A stretch of DNA of 61,241 nt from Verrucomicrobiota bacterium (GTDB taxonomy: Bacteria > Verrucomicrobiota > Verrucomicrobiia > Limisphaerales > UBA9464), in the NCBI GenBank assembly GCA_035437945.1, contig DAOMZG010000003.1, forward strand, positions 1 to 61,241, given 5' to 3'. A model generated the notes under the pieces. It was not told the DNA's origin, ran no database searches, and saw only the letters and a program-made list of their open reading frames with translations. Of the stretch, positions 1 through 12,300 are shown in pieces (positions within the stretch are counted from its first letter, which is position 1; each line of letters starts with the position of its first letter). Both the position numbers and the translations under genes were made by a program.

Positions 1-1812
<1,812 letters not shown>

Positions 1813-1816
<4 letters not shown>

Positions 1817-2931
1817 TTGGACTTGATGATCTTCGCCAGCCATTCGGCGAAATGTTTCGGTGTGAGCGCGGCGATTTCCATTCCGGTCTCGGCCAGCTTT
1901 TCCGCCATGGAATGATCGTAAATCGGATTGGCGGCTTGATCGAGTGATGCCAGGCCAAGCAATTTGACTCCCGCTTCCCGCAAGCGACGACACGTTCCCA
2001 GCATCGCGCCGGGAGCTGCGCCTTCGCAGAAATCGCTCACGAGCGCCAACACGGTGCGATGCGGGTTCTCGATCAGGGTTTCACAATAGTTGAGCGCCTG
2101 ACCGATGTTCGTGCCACCGCCGAGTTGCACGCTCATCAGCACTTCCACCGGATCATCGACGTGTTCGCTCAAGTCCACGATGTTCGTGTCGAAGACCACC
2201 AACTTCACGCGCACGAGCGGCAACCCGGCGAGAATGCCCGCCATCACCGCGCTGTGAATGACTGAGTCGGCCATGCTGCCGCTTTGGTCCACGCAGAGGA
2301 TGACTTGCCACGGAAGCAGCCGCGTGTTGCGCGCGAAGAAACGCGGGTCTTGCAGGACGATTTGGCCGCGCTTCGAATCGTAATACTTGAGGTTGCGCCG
2401 GATCGTGCCGCGCCAGTCAAAATTCTGCGCGGCCTTTTGCGGGCTGTGGTGAAAGCGATTCAAGCGACCCGACAACGCGCGTCGCACTTCGGCTTCCAGC
2501 TTGCGCTTAATTTCCTCGACCACTTGCCGGATGATCCGCCGAGCTGTCTGAAGCACCTCGCCCTGCAAATGCCCGCGGAACGTGAGCAGCGTCTTGAGCA
2601 ACTCCATGTTCGGTTCGAGCTTCTCCAGGGTCTCCTTGTCCGTAACCAGTTCGGTCAGGCCATAACGGTCGAGCGCGTGTTTCTCAATCACTTCGACGAC
2701 CTCGCGGGGAAACAGATCGCGCACCTCGCCAAGCCACGTCGGTACGTTGATCTGGGACGGGTCGAGCGAACCTGCCTGCTGGCGGTCGCGCACGCCGCGG
2801 CCCTGGTATTCGCGCGAATAGAGAAAGTCCAAAGCGGCTTCCATTCGCCCCTCACGCCCCGAGAGCGGAGTGGGCAATTGCTTCTCGGCGAAGCGGCCGA
2901 GAACGAGCCGCCACCGCGGGCGAGTGCTCAT
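1813..2931 (-). CDS. VWA domain protein (YehP / CoxE-like)
   Basis: 372-aa ORF with a MIDAS-type motif VDQSGSM followed by a VWA-like alpha/beta region. Its start overlaps the DUF5682 gene stop as ATGA. It follows the AAA+ and DUF5682 genes, as in yehLMP. Confidence 0.85.
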
Positions 2932-5501
2932 ACGCCCGCCTCCTGTTTCAACGATGTGGGTGCGACTGGTTCAATCCATGACCCCAAACCGTCTTCGTCG
3001 AGCGCCTTCTTCACCAGCGCGTTCACGCGAACCGCGGCGAGCGCTTCAGCCTCGCTGACTTCTGGCCGGTACAGAGTTCCAATCTTCTCGCCTCCATGCA
3101 GGCCGGCCACGACGGCGGCGACTTGATCGGCTTCGCGGGGTGTTAAGTCCGCAAAGGCCATTCGGAGATGCGGAATTCTCTGGATGAATTCTTCTTCGCT
3201 CCACGCCGCGAGCAATCTTTCGACGGCTTCAACGAGCGCAGGTTGTCGCCACGCGAGTTCACGGCAGGTACGCAAGAGACCGATCAAAAATGCCGTCTGA
3301 TCGCCAGCCTGGGCGGAGGCGGCATTCAATGACCCTGCCAGGAGTTTGAACAGTTCGGTCTCCGGCAGTCGTCCGTCTCCGTGCAGCAGACCGGTCACGC
3401 CACCAGCCAGCAGCGCCGGGCACTTCGGCAGCAGAAACACTTTCATCAGCGGCTCGTAGAACAGGGCGGCGTCGAGTGTCTGATCTCCCGCCGCGCTGGA
3501 ACGAAGCAGGTCACGAATGGCGATCAGCGATTGCAGCATCTCGTTCGCCGCCTCGGCTGGCGTGTCGGCAAGGTTGTGCAACAAATAGCAGGCACGTTCG
3601 TAGGCTTGGCGGATCAGCAACGGAACTTCAATCAGCCGATGCGCTTCGAGCGGTTCGCGTGACTCCCAAAGCAAGACCAGTTGATCCAACGCATGGGACA
3701 GCGAGGTCAGCGAAGGATCATCATTCACCTGGGCGCCAATCAGCGTCAGCAATCTTCCGGTGTATCGGTGCAGTCCCATCCGGCACGCGTGGACCAGCAT
3801 CGCCACGGCTTCAGCGGCGCAGCGCCCGCGACCGGCGCTCTCCAATTCGACAATGGCTTGGATCAGGCGATTGGCGGCAGCTTCTTCGACGTTAGCGCCA
3901 TAGACGCTGACTTCGACCAAGTGGCTTTCGGTTTGAGGCGTCCATTGGTAACTCCAGTGTTCGAACAGTCGCTCTAAACTTGCGCCCTTCACAAAGTCCG
4001 GTCCTGCGGCCATCACAGCGAACGGAACTTCGAGAAAGGTCAGGCTGTGAAAGAACCGGCTGCTCTGCCGGTGCGAGGTTTTGCGATACAGATCGAGGGA
4101 GCTTTTGCGCCTGACGGAATCCTTGATGTTCAACCGCAGTTTTTGCGCGGTCGCGCGAAAATCTTCGACCAAGGGCGGCACGCCCGCTTCTGGCGGCACT
4201 TCGCCAATCACTGATCCACCCAAAGTGTGACGAGCCAGGCCGAGCACGATTTCGCCTTCGGCGTCCATCGAGCCCTTTACGAAGCAACTGCGGATCCCAT
4301 CCAGCAAGTCTTCCCGCGTTGGGCCCGGATGACCTCGCATCAGGGCGAGGCGTCTTGACTGCTCAAGCGCGGCGATTTCGTCGGCTGGTGAAAGAGCGAC
4401 TGCGAGTTTCTTTCGCCGCGTGAGCTGGCCCAGCTCCACGAGGATCTTTGCCGCAAGATCGGCGAATGCCGTGCCTGAATCATCCTGTCCCGCGGCGCGC
4501 CAGAGTTGATCATAATAGAACGGAGACGGCATGCCCGCAGCGTATCCATTGAGGGCGTCTAGTTGCTCGAAACTGTACCGGATGAGGCAATCCAACCGGT
4601 TCCCCTTGGCCCGGTTTGGCGTGGTTTTCGCCGTGGACCTGTCGGCGGCGACCAACTTGGGCAAGACCACCGTGTGAAGTCCTCCGGTGACAACGAGGAT
4701 TCGCTCGGTTCCTTTGGCCACTTCGTCTTGAACCGCTGCCGCCATGGCAGACTCGCGGGCGATTGTACCGTCTGCTTCGAGTTCTTCCGGAGACGCGTCA
4801 GCTCGCGCGAAATGACACCAGGCGGCAACGTCACTGATGAATTTCTCGATTACTGAATCGTCCCGGCAGTCTTTCTTGAGTCGAGTCTCGAACAGATGAT
4901 CCCAAAGATCGTTGTGGTCGCGGCAGCCCGCCCGACGAGCCAGCGCTTGAAGATATCGACTGCGCCTGAAATGCCGTTCCGCGAGCAGCGAATCGACGCG
5001 CGTCGCATCGGGCTCCTGGACGACTTCATTCACGGCGCGGATTTGATCGGGATAATCCAGGTCCACGAAACGGAGCGAAGCGCCGATCTCCGTTCCAACC
5101 CGCAAGGCAACGAGTTCCGGGGAGTAGTCGCAAAACGGATAGTAAGCCGCGTGTCGCGGTGGACCAAGCAAGGCGGCAGTTCTGGTCGCGGAGTTTTCAG
5201 TTTCGGGTTCTTTCTCCACGAAGCTGGTGTAGATCGCGAACGGCGCCTTGGTTTTTGGATGCAGGACCAGCGGAATCAGCGACGTGAAACTGGCCGGGCC
5301 TTCGATGAGAATGGCTTGTGGTGTCCGGCGGCGAATGACCGCTTCAAGATACCGAGCACAGGCCGGACTGTGATGTCGAATGGGGAAAAAGACGAGCCGA
5401 TCCGTGATCAGCGTGCTAAGCAGTTCCTTCAGTAGCGAAGCATCGTCACACGCTTCTGACGCGGCGATCTCACCCGTTGCATTTTCGGCTCCGGACCGCA
5501 T
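2928..5501 (-). CDS. DUF5682-family protein (YehM-like)
   Basis: 857-aa ORF. The N-terminal FFPIRHHSPACARYL...ILIEGP segment matches my recollection of the DUF5682 N-terminus. It lies 1 nt downstream of the AAA+ ATPase stop. Its synteny position equals yehM. Confidence 0.7.
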   Translation of the reverse strand: MRSGAENATGEIAASEACDDASLLKELLSTLITDRLVFFPIRHHSPACARYLEAVIRRRTPQAILIEGPASFTSLIPLVLHPKTKAPFAIYTSFVEKEPETENSATRTAALLGPPRHAAYYPFCDYSPELVALRVGTEIGASLRFVDLDYPDQIRAVNEVVQEPDATRVDSLLAERHFRRSRYLQALARRAGCRDHNDLWDHLFETRLKKDCRDDSVIEKFISDVAAWCHFARADASPEELEADGTIARESAMAAAVQDEVAKGTERILVVTGGLHTVVLPKLVAADRSTAKTTPNRAKGNRLDCLIRYSFEQLDALNGYAAGMPSPFYYDQLWRAAGQDDSGTAFADLAAKILVELGQLTRRKKLAVALSPADEIAALEQSRRLALMRGHPGPTREDLLDGIRSCFVKGSMDAEGEIVLGLARHTLGGSVIGEVPPEAGVPPLVEDFRATAQKLRLNIKDSVRRKSSLDLYRKTSHRQSSRFFHSLTFLEVPFAVMAAGPDFVKGASLERLFEHWSYQWTPQTESHLVEVSVYGANVEEAAANRLIQAIVELESAGRGRCAAEAVAMLVHACRMGLHRYTGRLLTLIGAQVNDDPSLTSLSHALDQLVLLWESREPLEAHRLIEVPLLIRQAYERACYLLHNLADTPAEAANEMLQSLIAIRDLLRSSAAGDQTLDAALFYEPLMKVFLLPKCPALLAGGVTGLLHGDGRLPETELFKLLAGSLNAASAQAGDQTAFLIGLLRTCRELAWRQPALVEAVERLLAAWSEEEFIQRIPHLRMAFADLTPREADQVAAVVAGLHGGEKIGTLYRPEVSEAEALAAVRVNALVKKALDEDGLGSWIEPVAPTSLKQEAGV

Positions 5502-5502
5502 T

Positions 5503-6654
5503 TCATCCGTGCAGCCATTTCTTGGCTTCGTAAAATTGCTGCCAATTCTTGTTGGCCTTCCCGCGAGCCTTTACCACCACCTCAAAGTAGTGCTTCAGTT
5601 TCTTCAAGTCGTCGGGGTTGTCTTTGAGCACGGTACCGAGAAGTTGCCGCGCGACGTGTCCGCTCTCCAGCCGTCCATTCCCGAAATACGCCGCGTCCAG
5701 CGCTGCGGAGTGACTCACGGCGACCGCTTCAGCCGTGGACATCACGGTCGAGGGTTTCTCTACGACTGTCCCTTCGTCCGTTCGGCCATGACGCAAGTCG
5801 TTGAACGTGGCAACCAGCAGCTCCAGGACGTCCGTCGGACAATCGACTTTCACGGCAGATTCGTGAAGCAGTGACTCGGTCTGCTCCTTCACGAGTCGAA
5901 GTTCCATCGCCTTATCGGCAAGAGGGGCGACCGTTTCAAAGTTGAAGCGGCGTTTGAGCGCGCTGGACATCTCATGCACGCCGCGATCACGCAGATTCGC
6001 GGTCGCGATGATATTGAATCCTTTCTCAGCGAACCGCACTGCATCCGCTCCCGGAAGTTCTGGCACTTGAATGCACTTGTCGGAAAGCAAGCTGACGAGC
6101 GTGTCCTGGATCTCCGGCTGGCAGCGCGTGATCTCCTCAAAGCGCACCAGCGCGCCAAATTTCATCCCGCTGTAAAGCGGCGAAGCAACCAACGCGCGCG
6201 GCGTCGGCCCTTCGGCGAGCAGGAGCGCGTAGTTCCACGAATACTTGATCTGGTCATCGGTCGTGCCCGCCGTTCCCTGGATGGTAAGCAGTGAATTGCC
6301 GGAAATGGCGGCCGACAACAACTCGGAGAGCATGGACTTGGCCGTGCCGGGTTCTCCAACCAGCAGCAGGCCGCGATTCCCCAGCAACGTCACAATGCAA
6401 CGCTCGACCAATGCGTCGTCTCCGTAGAATTTCTGCGTGATTGCCGTTTTCTTTTTCACCCCCTGCCACGTATGCGTGATCGCAGAGTCCGCGCCCACAA
6501 TGAACTGCCGCACGGCGCGTGGCGACAGCCTCCAACCCCGCGGACGTGGGTTGTTGTCTGCCGTGGTCAGCGCGGCGAGTTCCTCGGCATAGATCACCTC
6601 CGCGGGCGGGCGCACCATTCGCGGTGGGGCGGTAGAGGTTTCTGTTTTGCTCAT
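5503..6654 (-). CDS. MoxR / AAA_5-type AAA+ ATPase (YehL-like)
   Basis: Walker A GEPGTAKS and an arginine-rich ALKRRF sensor region. I trimmed the start from the ORF-track 6744 to ATG 6654 (MSKTETSTAPPRMVRPP), which lies 7 nt after the stop of the upstream gene. The longer version would overlap that gene by 83 nt. Confidence 0.85.
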   Translation of the reverse strand: MSKTETSTAPPRMVRPPAEVIYAEELAALTTADNNPRPRGWRLSPRAVRQFIVGADSAITHTWQGVKKKTAITQKFYGDDALVERCIVTLLGNRGLLLVGEPGTAKSMLSELLSAAISGNSLLTIQGTAGTTDDQIKYSWNYALLLAEGPTPRALVASPLYSGMKFGALVRFEEITRCQPEIQDTLVSLLSDKCIQVPELPGADAVRFAEKGFNIIATANLRDRGVHEMSSALKRRFNFETVAPLADKAMELRLVKEQTESLLHESAVKVDCPTDVLELLVATFNDLRHGRTDEGTVVEKPSTVMSTAEAVAVSHSAALDAAYFGNGRLESGHVARQLLGTVLKDNPDDLKKLKHYFEVVVKARGKANKNWQQFYEAKKWLHG

Positions 6655-6661
6655 GGCTGAT

Positions 6662-9370
6662 TCACATCTGAGTTTTCTTCTCCCAGTCCGGATCGAAGCC
6701 CGACCCTTCGGCGGCGATCTGGCGAAGGTCATTCCAGCATTCACTCAACAACACCGGCGGCACTTCCCCGAGCGAAAGGGGCATGGATCCTCCCGCTGCG
6801 GGATCAGTCGCGGCGAAACGCAGCGCTTTGAGCGCCGTCAGAAGATCACGTTCGGGCACAGCGTTGCCGGTGAACTCGACAACGGCGATCACACCAAGCG
6901 AAGCGAAGTGCTTCTGGTACTCAGTGAACCAGCCTCCTTCTCCGGCCGGCCCGCGAATAAGTCCCAAGGCGGCCGCCTTCCGTCGGAGCTTCAGGCCATT
7001 CACCAGATGCCCGAGAAACTCTAGCAGATCCGATTCTTGTGCCCGCGCGGGTTCGAGTTGAAAGGCTGCTTTTCCCAGTTGGGCAAACAAAGGCTCGACT
7101 TTGTAGTCGGCGAAATGTCGGCGCCATCCCTCCGATACGGCTGGAGTGACGAGCGATTCATGAACCAGCCGCACTTCGGCATCCTTGGCCGGCCGGACCG
7201 GAGCGTCGTGCAGATCCGTCAGCGACTGGTCGGGCAACGCCCGAAAGGTGCCAGTCAATCTTCCTCGTTCGTGGATTGACCAGACGAGTCGCTGGCACAG
7301 ATGCCGGAGCACGAGATGATGATTCAGGAACTGGTCCCAATCGGCATAACGCCAGGACCGCTGGGTGCACATTGCTTCAAACAACCGTGCTGTTTGGCTC
7401 TGCACAACACTCGCTAAGCCTTTTCTAGCGGCCATCAGCAACTTCTTCGACTCCGCTGCTTTGACGGCATCATCGTTCTTGAGCGGAGTGGGAAGTGTCT
7501 TGAGCGGTTTCCCAGCCGCGTCCTCCAACGCGAATTCGAGTGTCAGCAAAAGGCGGGCGGTGAATCTTCGGTGTCCGTAATCCAGAGTCAGCGCGCCGCT
7601 TTCATCCAGCCCGGCATCTGGCGCCGTGCGGTCGGCCATTTCATCGACCGTCCAACCTTTGCGCTCCGCAAGCGACAGCGTTTGACGGGCCGCCTCCTGC
7701 TGGATGCTCTTCGTGCGAAAACGGGCGCCGACGGCCAGCATCAATTGGATCGCCGCGGAATCATCGAGACAACCCAGCAACTGCAGTAACGCGCAACACT
7801 GCGCGGCACGCGTGCCATACCATTCGTTGAGATAACCCTTGATGACGGGCACCGCAGCCGGCCCACACATAGCGGCTGCCACGGAAAGGACCCCTTTGCT
7901 GCCGATGGCGGTCGGCCGGTCGAATTCCCGCAGCATGGCGAGTTCGTTCTCGATGATGTCCTCGAAAGGAGTGGCGGCGTTTTCCTGCAGGTAACGCAAA
8001 TAATCATTCAACTCTTCCCGTTCCTTCGCGGATGCCTTCGCCATCTGTGCTTGCAAGTCCGCGAGCGATTTCTGTGCGCGGGCCTGGGTAGTCAGAGCCC
8101 GCGTCCGGGCGCGCTGCAGCAACGCCTCCCGGTTCCTCGGACTTGTGTCCAGGTCGATCCAGGTTTCGAGCACAAACTGCCCGAGGCGTTCACGGTCGGT
8201 GAGCACGATTTCCGCAGCGATGCGTTTGAGCAAGGGACTGGCCTGCGGATTCTTTGCCAGGCAACCCTGCACGATCCACCAACGAACAATCTCCGGAGCA
8301 ACGCGACTTTTATTGTCAGCCCAATGAACTGCCGGCAATTGATCAAACGGAAAATGCTCCAGCTCTTTAGGCTGCTTCTTGGCAAGTCCTGCGGCGGCCT
8401 CCTTCAACATCGATTCGCGGGTCAGGTATTCACTAAGCGGTACCTGGAGTCGCTCTAGCGCCGACATCATCGCGGCCCTGGCCAGTTCGTCGGCCTCTTT
8501 CATGACCGCCTCTAACAAGGGCTGCTCGCAGGTGTCGTCACCAATTCGGCACAGCCAGTTCGCCGCGATGGCCCGGACGTCGGCGGATTTGGAGCCCACA
8601 GCCGCCTTCACCTGTTCCAAGCAATCAGGCGTCTTTTCCAGGCAGGGCTGCGCCAGCGGCCGCTCTGGTTTGGGGCCGGTCCAAGCGATTTTCCACAACG
8701 GCTCAATGAGAGGCTTCGGAATCGCCGACATCTGCGCGAGGACTTCAAGGGCGCCGCGATGGGCGATGGATGCGTGGCGGTCCTTGGCAGTCAGGGCCTC
8801 GACCAAAAGGTCGGTATGCTCGCGGAAGTACCGTGCTACCGCCTCTGTGCCCCAGCGAAACGGTTTCCACTGCGCCCACGCGTTCCAGAGGAAATGACGG
8901 CCGAGCGCGGCGGAACTCATCCGCACCTCTTGCATGGCGTCACCGATGGCCTTGAGATCAAGCGGGTGTCGGCAACGATAGGCCTCGGCCATCCGGACGA
9001 ACCGATGGGTGATCCGTTCGTCGGAAACCTCGATGGCGCCGGTCAACAGGGCGAAGCGCACCAAATGGACGGGCATGAATTCCGGACGGGTGATGAAGTT
9101 TGTCAGGAGTTTCCAGGCCCGGTCATCCCAAAGGGAGCCCGGCAAGAGCGGCGGCTTATCGAGGCGGGCACGCTCGGCCGGCGTCAGCACCAGATCGTGC
9201 AACTTCGCAAACTCGGCGGCCACCGTCCTTGGGTTTGGCGCCTCGTCCAGCCGATGCGAGTGTCGAGCAACTTCAGCGAAGCAAGCCTGCATCGCTTCGA
9301 GGACAGTGCCATCCAGCTTGGGTGGACGGACCATTCGCGGCGAAGCGGTGGTGGTTTCTGTTTTGTTCAT
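6662..9370 (-). CDS. DUF4132 domain protein, paralogue 3 (MolR/YehI-like)
   Basis: The C-terminal region (FRALPDQSLTD...VRLVHESLV...WRRHFADYKVEPLFAQLGK) resembles the DUF4132 signature. I trimmed the start to ATG 9370 (MNKTETTTASPRMVRPP), 7 nt after the upstream stop. This junction is the same as the one at 6654/6662. Confidence 0.75.
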   Translation of the reverse strand: MNKTETTTASPRMVRPPKLDGTVLEAMQACFAEVARHSHRLDEAPNPRTVAAEFAKLHDLVLTPAERARLDKPPLLPGSLWDDRAWKLLTNFITRPEFMPVHLVRFALLTGAIEVSDERITHRFVRMAEAYRCRHPLDLKAIGDAMQEVRMSSAALGRHFLWNAWAQWKPFRWGTEAVARYFREHTDLLVEALTAKDRHASIAHRGALEVLAQMSAIPKPLIEPLWKIAWTGPKPERPLAQPCLEKTPDCLEQVKAAVGSKSADVRAIAANWLCRIGDDTCEQPLLEAVMKEADELARAAMMSALERLQVPLSEYLTRESMLKEAAAGLAKKQPKELEHFPFDQLPAVHWADNKSRVAPEIVRWWIVQGCLAKNPQASPLLKRIAAEIVLTDRERLGQFVLETWIDLDTSPRNREALLQRARTRALTTQARAQKSLADLQAQMAKASAKEREELNDYLRYLQENAATPFEDIIENELAMLREFDRPTAIGSKGVLSVAAAMCGPAAVPVIKGYLNEWYGTRAAQCCALLQLLGCLDDSAAIQLMLAVGARFRTKSIQQEAARQTLSLAERKGWTVDEMADRTAPDAGLDESGALTLDYGHRRFTARLLLTLEFALEDAAGKPLKTLPTPLKNDDAVKAAESKKLLMAARKGLASVVQSQTARLFEAMCTQRSWRYADWDQFLNHHLVLRHLCQRLVWSIHERGRLTGTFRALPDQSLTDLHDAPVRPAKDAEVRLVHESLVTPAVSEGWRRHFADYKVEPLFAQLGKAAFQLEPARAQESDLLEFLGHLVNGLKLRRKAAALGLIRGPAGEGGWFTEYQKHFASLGVIAVVEFTGNAVPERDLLTALKALRFAATDPAAGGSMPLSLGEVPPVLLSECWNDLRQIAAEGSGFDPDWEKKTQM

Positions 9371-9377
9371 GGCTGAT

Positions 9378-12300
9378 TCACATCTGAGTTTTCTTCTCCC
9401 AGTCCGGATCGAAGCCCGGTCCTTCGGCGGCAATTTGGCGAAGGTCGTTCCAGCATTCGCTCAACAACACCGGCGGCACTTCGCCGAGCGACATCTTTGC
9501 TCCGCCGATGACCGGTTCGCCCTCTGGCGCAGCGCGCTCGAATCGAAACGTCGTGAGTGCTACCGTGCGATTCTCTTCCGGCAATCCGTTTCCGGTAAAC
9601 TCAAGAACCGCCTCCATGCCCAGTGTGGGAAAGCGTTTGTGATAATCGAAAAACCAGCCGCCGTCCTGTGCCTGGCCGCGGGTGTAACCCAGTTTGTTCG
9701 CGCGCCCGCGGAGTTTAAACGCTTCGAGAAGATGTCCACGGAAGTCCGTCAATTCGTCCTCCAGCTTCCGCTCCTCGCCTAGATCGAAGTTAGGTCGGCC
9801 AAATTGCTCGAAGAGCGGCTCGACTTCGTAGTCCTTGAGATGCTGCCGCCACGCGAGCGATTGCTCCGGCGTCACCTGACATTCATGCGCCAGTCGGATT
9901 TGGTCTTCCGGTTTCAGTGTTATTGGATCGTCGTTCGCATCCGTGAGCGAGCCGTCTGGCAGCGGGCGAAACAGGGCGCTGATTTTTTCGTCGCCAACCA
10001 CCGCCCACACCAGCCGCTGGCAATGATGCCGCGCCACAGGATGGCGGTTGAGATAGAGGTTCCAGTCCTCGAACGGCCATGTCCGCTGCGTGCACATCGC
10101 CTCGTAAAACCGGTCGCGCTGCATCGTGACGACCGATTTCAATTCCTTCTTCGCCGCGGAGAAGATCTTCTTCGCCTCCGCGGCCTTGGCTTCCTCGTCA
10201 TCCTTTCGCGGGTCGGGCAAAGATTTCAGCGGCTTCCCGTCAGCGTCCGCGAGCGCGAATTCGAGGTCCTCGTTCAGCTTCGCCGCAAACTGGCGCTGAC
10301 CGAAATCCAGCGTGAGGACGCCATCGTCGTCCAGCCCGGCCGTCGGTATGGTGCGGTCGGCAAGTTCAGCCACCGTCCAGCCTTTGCGTTCCGCCAATGC
10401 CTGCGCCTGTTTGTTCGCTTCCTCCTGAATGCTCTTCGTCCGAAAACGACTGCCCACCGCGAGCAAAAGTTGGGTGGCCGTCTTGTGCTCCACCCACGCA
10501 AGCATCTGAAGCAATGCGCGGCATTGTGCGGCCCTCATGCCATACCATTGCTTCAAATACCGACCCACCGCAGGAGCGGCCTCCGCGCCCGCGCAGGCGC
10601 CAACCACGGAAAGTACCCCTTTGCTGGAGGCCGCTGACCCTTTCGGTTGCAGCAGGGTTTCTGGCAGGAAATCCGCATAGAATTCTTCCAAGGTTTTCTT
10701 CGGGTTGTTCGCCGGCCAGTAAGTTGTTTGCGTCCACTGGACGTGTTGCTGGGCCGTTTGCATCGCCCGATTCTCAGCTTCGGCGCGCGAAATCGGCGCT
10801 GTGTCTTCTCCCATCCACGCCTCCAGAACAAATTGCCCGAGGATTTCGCGCTCGGCGGGCTTCAGGCTGGAACAGTATTTCCTCAGGAGCGCGCCAGGCT
10901 CGGGATACTTGAGTTTGAAACCTTGAATCAACCACCACTTCAGGATTTCCGGCTCGACGGGTTTGCCATTGTCCGACCAATGAACCGCCGGCAACGCGGC
11001 GAACGGAAACCACTTCAAATCTTCCGGCACTCCCTTCCCCACGCCTTTCTCCGCTTCCTCCAGCAGCGTTTTGCGATCAAGAAACTGCTCCACGGGCGCG
11101 CCAAGCAATTCCAGCGCTGACATCATCGCTCCCTTGGCGACTTCATTTTTTTCGCGCTTAAGCGCGGTTAGCAACGGTGCTGTCGCGCGCGCATCACCGA
11201 TTCGCCCGAGCCATTCGGCTGCTGCCAACCGGGTCTCTGCGTCGCCAGCGCTCACAGAGGCAATCAGCCGTTCGTGCTTGTCGGGCAACGCTTCCAGACA
11301 ACGCTGCGCGGGCGGGCGTTCGCTCTTTCCGCCCAAGGCAATCTTCCAGAGCAGCGGAACGAGGCGCTCCGGTGGATGCGGAAAGGTCGCGAGGGCGTGG
11401 AAGGCATTGCGGCGGGCATGACGTTGATAATATCGATCCATGTAGCCACCGGTGGGTGGCAGAAACGCCTGTTCCAACAAATCCAGATTCTCCGCCCAAT
11501 ACGGCCAGATCGCGGCGGGCGACAGACCGAACGGCGCGGAGTTCTCCTGGAAACTTTGCAGAAGACCTGTGCCGATGCGCCGCGCGTCGAGTCCAGCGGC
11601 CGTGAATGCGGCGCCGAGTTCGCGCAAGCCAATGTCGGGACGGGTACGGCGAAAAGCCGGCAGGAGAGTTTCCAGCCAGTATCCGTAACTTAGAATCTGC
11701 CGGTCTTGCTGGCGATCGGTTTGCAGTGCGCCGACGTGAATGAGGAAGCGAACAAGGTGCACCAAACTCAACTCGGGTCGTTGCCAGAATTCCTTGATGG
11801 GCTCGCATACCTCTTTCATCCAGGACGCGTGCAATAAGCCGCCCAGAACAGGTTCGGTTTTTCCTTCGCGCTGAATCGCGAGAAACGCTTTTTGGATGGC
11901 ACCCGCGGACACGGGGCTCAGACCGCCTGGCCGGTATCCCGTGGGTTGTCCCGTCGCGGACTTGGCAAGGGCCGCGTTCACTCTTCGGAAACACTCCTGC
12001 CAGGCGCGTTCGGTCTCTGATCCAAGCGGCGCGTGAGTGAGCACTGGGGCAAGCGGCGGCAAATCCAAGGTCGCTTTCGCGGGTGGCTCGGCGGGTGGAG
12101 CCGCAACGGCAAGTGCATCTTCAATCGCCTGAAGCACCTTTTTGTTTTTTTCCTCCCCCAAGCGGCCTTGGAGAAATGTTCGCGCCTTTTCTCCTTCCCA
12201 CGCCCAAAGCAGTCCGACCGCGAGAGCTCTTTCCTCATTCGTGCCTTTGGCAACCTTGCGTTCAAGCAACGGAGTCGCGTCCTGCTTTACATCGGCCAGC

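Noticed and set aside
2284-3126. 280-aa plus-strand ORF, plus similar plus-strand ORFs across 3381-15643
   Set aside because: They are antisense to the tightly coupled minus-strand operon and have no motifs.
5503-6744. Long N-terminal extensions given in the ORF track (5503..6744, 6662..9433, 9378..13232, 41286..48893, 48785..50068, 56764..60045 and others)
   Set aside because: The extensions overlap the 3' ends of upstream genes in another frame and translate to R/C-rich nonsense. Internal ATG codons lie 3-8 nt after the upstream stops or give signal peptides, so I trimmed the starts.
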